Source: a virus. Taken from it: DNA of 64,000 nucleotides. Each line of letters begins with the position of its first letter. The first letter of the stretch is position 1. The DNA lies in the IMG/VR virus record IMGVR_UViG_3300025764_000004, positions 10,010 to 74,009 of that record; one strand, given 5' to 3'. The translations under genes were made by a program, and so were the position numbers. The notes beneath the pieces are model-generated. The model was not told where the DNA came from. It ran no database searches and was given only the letters and a program-made list of their open reading frames with translations. Positions 60,468 through 64,000 of this stretch are shown piece by piece.

Positions 60468-61118
60468 CTATGCTGATTTTTGTTGTTCTGCAAATACTGT
60501 TGGAAGTGATTTAATTCCGATCTTCTTCATCAACTGAAGTTCTTCCATTGACATATCCGACATATCAAACTTGTTATTGACCTGTATATTGACATTCTGT
60601 GTTGTCTGTGATTTGACTGATTCTGCCCACAATGCTGGAAATCTGACTCTGAGCAAATACTGAGCAGCTCTATCATTTGGTTGAATATGTCGAGTCATTA
60701 TCTTTTCTGACTTTAGGTTCTTGATCATTTCACCTGTCAACTTATCTTTTCTCATTTCATACTCAACAGCTCGTTCTTCAACCTCATACCCAATGGCCTG
60801 TTTATATAATGATGAAACCAATGCTTGACCATTCAGTTCACGACCTTGATATAAGGCCGTCGATAACTCTTTGGACAATTGAATATATCTTTGTAATGTT
60901 GCTGATTGAATCCCGTAGAAGACAGCAATCTGTTCATTCGTCAATCCAAACTGAGCTAAGCAACGAATTTCTTCAAGCATCCGGTCTTGGAAACGGCCTT
61001 TCTGTTCTTTCCATGGAACTGTCTCGTCAAGACAATAATCATTTTCTAATGGAAGAGTTCTTGTATTGATTAACTCTACGACGATCGGTTCTTCTATCTT
61101 TCTTCTTGTACGTTCCAT
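60468..61118 (-). CDS. terS: terminase small subunit
   Basis: HTH G.T..QIA...GI...TL; V.SLY..A.GY; P...A..Y.L..R.P..W. Confidence 0.82.
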   Translation of the reverse strand: MERTRRKIEEPIVVELINTRTLPLENDYCLDETVPWKEQKGRFQDRMLEEIRCLAQFGLTNEQIAVFYGIQSATLQRYIQLSKELSTALYQGRELNGQALVSSLYKQAIGYEVEERAVEYEMRKDKLTGEMIKNLKSEKIMTRHIQPNDRAAQYLLRVRFPALWAESVKSQTTQNVNIQVNNKFDMSDMSMEELQLMKKIGIKSLPTVFAEQQKSA

Positions 61119-61346
61119 AATAACTAAAAAATAAATGCCTGTAACTAGGGTGCTCCAGAGCCTTAAAGTATGAGATAACAGCCTACTAAATGATAATTTT
61201 ATTATTGTATTCTATCGTTGATTTTGTCTTTGATTAATTTTCTTCTTATAGAGTGTTTATAATAGAACACTAAGTTCATAACAAAAATACACGAAGCACC
61301 CTATAAAACGTTTAAATATCTAAGCTTTGACTCGTTGAACACTAAC

Positions 61347-61544
61347 TTTCTAAGCACTTAAAAATATTTGAAATTTTTCTTATACTACTTTCTTAAATGG
61401 GTACTCTGATTGAACTACTTTTTACTACTTAAACACTAAATGTATCATTTACTTTGATATATTCTTCTTCTATACTACTATGTTTGACTGCGAATGTAAT
61501 GACTAAGTGCTTTTCTAAGCTGTGATATATATTTGAAATTTTTC
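61347..61544 (+). repeat. bipartite direct repeat TTTCTAAGC-N8-ATATTTGAAATTTTTC (61347-61379, 61512-61544)
   Basis: two copies 165 bp apart in the non-coding gap upstream of terS. Confidence 0.75.
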
Positions 61545-62023
61545 GATCGCATTCAGTTTTGTACAAACTAAACATAAAGCATTCAAACGCAAACGTTAGT
61601 GCTGCAAGCGTTACAGCGTGTTACCAATAATATAAATATGTACATGTATGTTTTGTTGCAAAGTATATAACAAATAGCACATGTACTGTGTATTAAGTAG
61701 TTAGCACGTTTTAACTTTACTTTTATGTTATGCTATTGTGCTAAAGTATTAGTTTACAGCACGTTACGCGTACGCTTGCGTAAATTGCGCGCAAAAATTA
61801 TGCTATAAACGTAAAGCTATATATGTAACTATGTGCATACTATTGTAAGTAAGTTTTAGCATGTAAACTTTTGCGTATATGCAAATATTTAAGCTGCTTT
61901 GTTTGTGTTATGTGTTTATAAACATTTTTTTAATATTTGTTTTAAAATGTGCAACTTTTTTTAGTGCTATACGTTTAATACAGCAATGTGTGCAACGTAG
62001 CACATATTTAACAAACTTACATT

Positions 62024-62185
62024 ATGTTACACAATTACACAACAGCACAATTACAGCACATGTACATTAATAGTATTGCAGCAGCAAAACTTAACAACAG
62101 TAAACGTATTACTAAATTAAGTGTACACACTTTAAAAGTATTAGCAAAGCAATATTTTATACAGTTAGTTAATTACACATTTTAA
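62024..62185 (+). CDS. 53-aa basic protein lacking D/E/G/P/W
   Basis: MLHNYTTAQLQHMYINSIAAAKLNNSKRITKLSVHTLKVLAKQYFIQLVNYTF; preceded by AAACTTACATT. Confidence 0.7.
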   Translation: MLHNYTTAQLQHMYINSIAAAKLNNSKRITKLSVHTLKVLAKQYFIQLVNYTF

Positions 62186-62197
62186 CACTTTACAATT

Positions 62198-62332
62198 ATG
62201 CAAAACTTTACACACACAACAGCGCAGCATAGTAATACAATAGTTACTGTATGCTTTTTTACATTTGTTTTAGTATTTATTGCATGTTGCTACTTAGTAG
62301 TAATTAATGCAACAGTTATTAACGTTTTATAA
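62198..62332 (+). CDS. 44-aa single-TM protein lacking D/E/G/P/W
   Basis: MQNFTHTTAQHSNTIVTVCFFTFVLVFIACCYLVVINATVINVL; 12-nt spacer upstream. Confidence 0.7.
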   Translation: MQNFTHTTAQHSNTIVTVCFFTFVLVFIACCYLVVINATVINVL

Positions 62333-62344
62333 AAACTTACAATT

Positions 62345-62584
62345 ATGCAAACAGTACAATTTTACAACAGCAACACAGCAACAGCAGCACAATTATTAAG
62401 TGCTAAAAATGCAGCAGCAGCAAACAAAGCAATTATAACAGCAGCAAATTTGCGCGTTATTTATTTGCAGCAACACTACTTTAATTTGCTTGCTAATACA
62501 AAAGCAAGCAAAGCACTAAAAAATGCTTATTTTTTAGCTTACAATGCACAAATACATAGTTTACGTTTATGCAATGCTTTTTAA
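62345..62584 (+). CDS. 79-aa Ala-rich protein lacking D/E/G/P/W
   Basis: 12-nt spacer AAACTTACAATT; GCA/ACA codon periodicity. Confidence 0.78.
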   Translation: MQTVQFYNSNTATAAQLLSAKNAAAANKAIITAANLRVIYLQQHYFNLLANTKASKALKNAYFLAYNAQIHSLRLCNAF

Positions 62585-62596
62585 AAATATACTATT

Positions 62597-62758
62597 ATGT
62601 TAATACAAAACTACAATAATTTTACAGCTATGCTATATAAAAATTTTAGCAATGTTAATACACACATTGCAGCTAGTTTAATAATAAAGCGTTATATACA
62701 TTTACGCAAACATGTAAAGCATTACACACAATTACACAATACAAAAAAACAGCACTAA
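62597..62758 (+). CDS. 53-aa His/Lys-rich protein lacking D/E/G/P/W
   Basis: MLIQNYNNFTAMLYKNFSNVNTHIAASLIIKRYIHLRKHVKHYTQLHNTKKQH; 12-nt spacer upstream. Confidence 0.65.
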   Translation: MLIQNYNNFTAMLYKNFSNVNTHIAASLIIKRYIHLRKHVKHYTQLHNTKKQH

Positions 62759-62797
62759 ATTTATTAACATTTTAAAAACTTACAAAAACTTAAAAAA

Positions 62798-63280
62798 ATG
62801 CAAAACACAAACAAACAAGCTGTAAACGTTACAAAAGTAACAACAGCACAAAGCACAGTTAGCAACAGCAAAGCAGCTATTTTAGCACGCAAAGCGTTAA
62901 ATTTAAGCAATGCAACAGCACGCACAGCAACAGCAAAAAATTTGCTTGTAACGCGCAATGTAATTAACACACTTACAACAGCACGCAAAGCAAAAAGCGC
63001 AAAAAAAGCTATGCAAGTACAAAGCACAGCAACAGCACACACAACAAAGTATAATAGCATTTATGCAAATGTAACTAGCTTGCACATGTTAGCAGCTATG
63101 CTTATTGTAAACAAACAAACAGTAACAAGCGTTACAAGTGTACAAGCGTTTATAGCAGCGTATGCACTTAAAAGCGTTACAAACGTTAACTTTATTGCTG
63201 TGCGTATGCAAATTTATTTTACGCACGCTAATACTTTGCAGCTTGTAGCAAAATTACAAGCTAAATTAGTAACAGTTTAA
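62798..63280 (+). CDS. 160-aa basic protein lacking D/E/G/P/W; paralog of C-terminus of 5315-6049
   Basis: long ORF, shared F-x3-Y-x2-K-x6-[YF]I-x2-R-x2-IY-x3-A pattern. Confidence 0.85.
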   Translation: MQNTNKQAVNVTKVTTAQSTVSNSKAAILARKALNLSNATARTATAKNLLVTRNVINTLTTARKAKSAKKAMQVQSTATAHTTKYNSIYANVTSLHMLAAMLIVNKQTVTSVTSVQAFIAAYALKSVTNVNFIAVRMQIYFTHANTLQLVAKLQAKLVTV

Positions 63281-63291
63281 CATTTGTAATT

Positions 63292-63624
63292 ATGCAAAAT
63301 ACAACTATTTACGCAAACAAGTTAGCTGCAAATGTAGCAGCTAACATAGCATTAAGCGCAGCGCAGCAAATTGTACTTAATGCAAAGCGTGCAAAACGTA
63401 TGCAACAGCAAAGCATTGTTATTTTAGCGCAAAGCAGCAAGCAAGCAAAGCAATTAGCAACAGCAAAAAAAACGTACATGTGTGCAATTGTAACTATACA
63501 GCAACAGTACGTTAATGTACACAATATTGCAATATTGCTAACAGCGTACACAACAGCAATGCAAAGCGCAAAAAACGCTTATTTTGCAGCAAAGCAAAGC
63601 ATACTAACAGTTAGTAACAATTAA
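63292..63624 (+). CDS. 110-aa helical protein lacking D/E/G/P/W
   Basis: 11-nt spacer ending AATT-ATG; shares KNAYF with 62345-62584. Confidence 0.8.
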   Translation: MQNTTIYANKLAANVAANIALSAAQQIVLNAKRAKRMQQQSIVILAQSSKQAKQLATAKKTYMCAIVTIQQQYVNVHNIAILLTAYTTAMQSAKNAYFAAKQSILTVSNN

Positions 63625-63653
63625 GCGTTTAAACACGTTTAAAATAGCTTACA

Positions 63654-63682
63654 AAGCACTATTAATTTAGTGCTTATTTTTT
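63654..63682 (+). terminator. intrinsic terminator built without GG/CC
   Basis: AAGCACTA-TTAATT-TAGTGCTT then ATTTTTT. Confidence 0.7.
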
Positions 63683-63807
63683 GTGCAAAAATTTAAAAAA
63701 TAACATAACAAATATTATTTGCAAAAGTAAATTTTAAAGTAATAAAGCAATTTTAAAAACAAAAAAGCAACAGCAAAGCAAAAAGCAATTTTTAAAACTA
63801 TTTACAA

Positions 63808-64000
63808 ATGTTAAACAAAAAACAAAATAGCACAGTTAAGCAACAGCACAAAAATTTAAAGCTAGTTTGTAAATTTACGTTTACAGCTAGTTTTTTACAT
63901 TTAAGCTATGCAATAGCACGCTTTAAAAATGTACGCTTAAACAAGCTTAAACAGCGTACAAATTATGTTAATATAAAATGCAGTATAGTACAGTATAGTA
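63808..64000 (+). CDS. basic protein lacking D/E/G/P/W, truncated by window end
   Basis: MLNKKQNSTVKQQHKNLKLVCKFTFTASFLHLSYAIARFKNVRLNKLKQRTNYVNIKCSIVQYS.. open to the end. Confidence 0.6.
   Translation, partial: MLNKKQNSTVKQQHKNLKLVCKFTFTASFLHLSYAIARFKNVRLNKLKQRTNYVNIKCSIVQYS

Larger units (their letters stand above)
61625..64000. other. zone devoid of GA/GG/TC/CC dinucleotides
   Basis: manual line-by-line read; last TC at 61583-84, last CC at 61624-25. Confidence 0.95.

Noticed and set aside
61879-62070. 63-aa ORF from the track
   Set aside because: It overlaps the better-supported 62024 ORF, which has the shared initiation motif; TGA stops are impossible here, so chance ORFs are longer.
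62764-63551. Minus-strand ORFs in the GR-free zone
   Set aside because: Antisense shadows of the + strand genes, Cys/Val/Phe-rich, no initiation motif.
63292-63624. Possible paralogy to 5010-5282 (A..I...K...Q.SI..L)
   Set aside because: Too weak and gapped to separate from generic helical similarity.
61625-64000. GR-free zone as simple low-complexity or repeat DNA, or an assembly artefact
   Set aside because: It is non-repetitive and has ordered ORFs, regular spacers, a terminator and a paralog elsewhere in the genome. Read support is still unverified.
61625-64000. APOBEC-like TC/CC deamination scar as the sole cause
   Set aside because: The contexts match, but complete loss on both strands with intact ORFs and non-G-to-A substitutions in the paralog alignment (G to L/V, E to A/V) favours selection. 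A deaminase or other YC/GR-targeting host factor as the selective agent is not excluded.
1-64000. CRISPR array, integrase, IS elements, rRNA, alternative genetic code
   Set aside because: None seen; long genes read intact in the standard code with TAA, TGA and TAG stops.

Overview
Most of a tailed (siphovirus-like) dsDNA phage genome, probably infecting Bacteroidota. The host is inferred from A-rich SD-less start sites, a tmRNA tag of the G...AA type, and DUF1566-like and beta-helix proteins. + strand 1-26.7 kb: replication initiator and helicase, a tRNA-like RNA, a circularly permuted two-piece tmRNA, a 7-deazaguanine DNA-modification cluster (queD, queE, folE, DpdL-like T-fold protein, radical SAM, glycosyltransferase, DpdA-like transglycosylase), sliding clamp, split UDG-exo/PolA polymerase, clamp loader, SSB, RecA, RuvC and a split SbcCD. 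- strand 26.9-61.1 kb: lysis, tail, head, a glycosylation cassette inside the head operon, five signal-peptide-bearing fibre/beta-helix genes, and the terminase. The standout is 61625-64000. Reading base by base I find no GA, GG, TC or CC dinucleotide in about 2.4 kb, so no G is followed by a purine on either strand. The zone still holds a regular operon of seven ORFs written with only 15 amino acids (no D, E, G, P, W). One ORF looks like a recoded paralog of the gene between queE and folE. Working hypothesis: the phage hypermodifies G in GpR contexts and keeps a modification-proof, first-entering early cassette next to the packaging end. All family assignments come from motifs recognised by eye; no searches were run.
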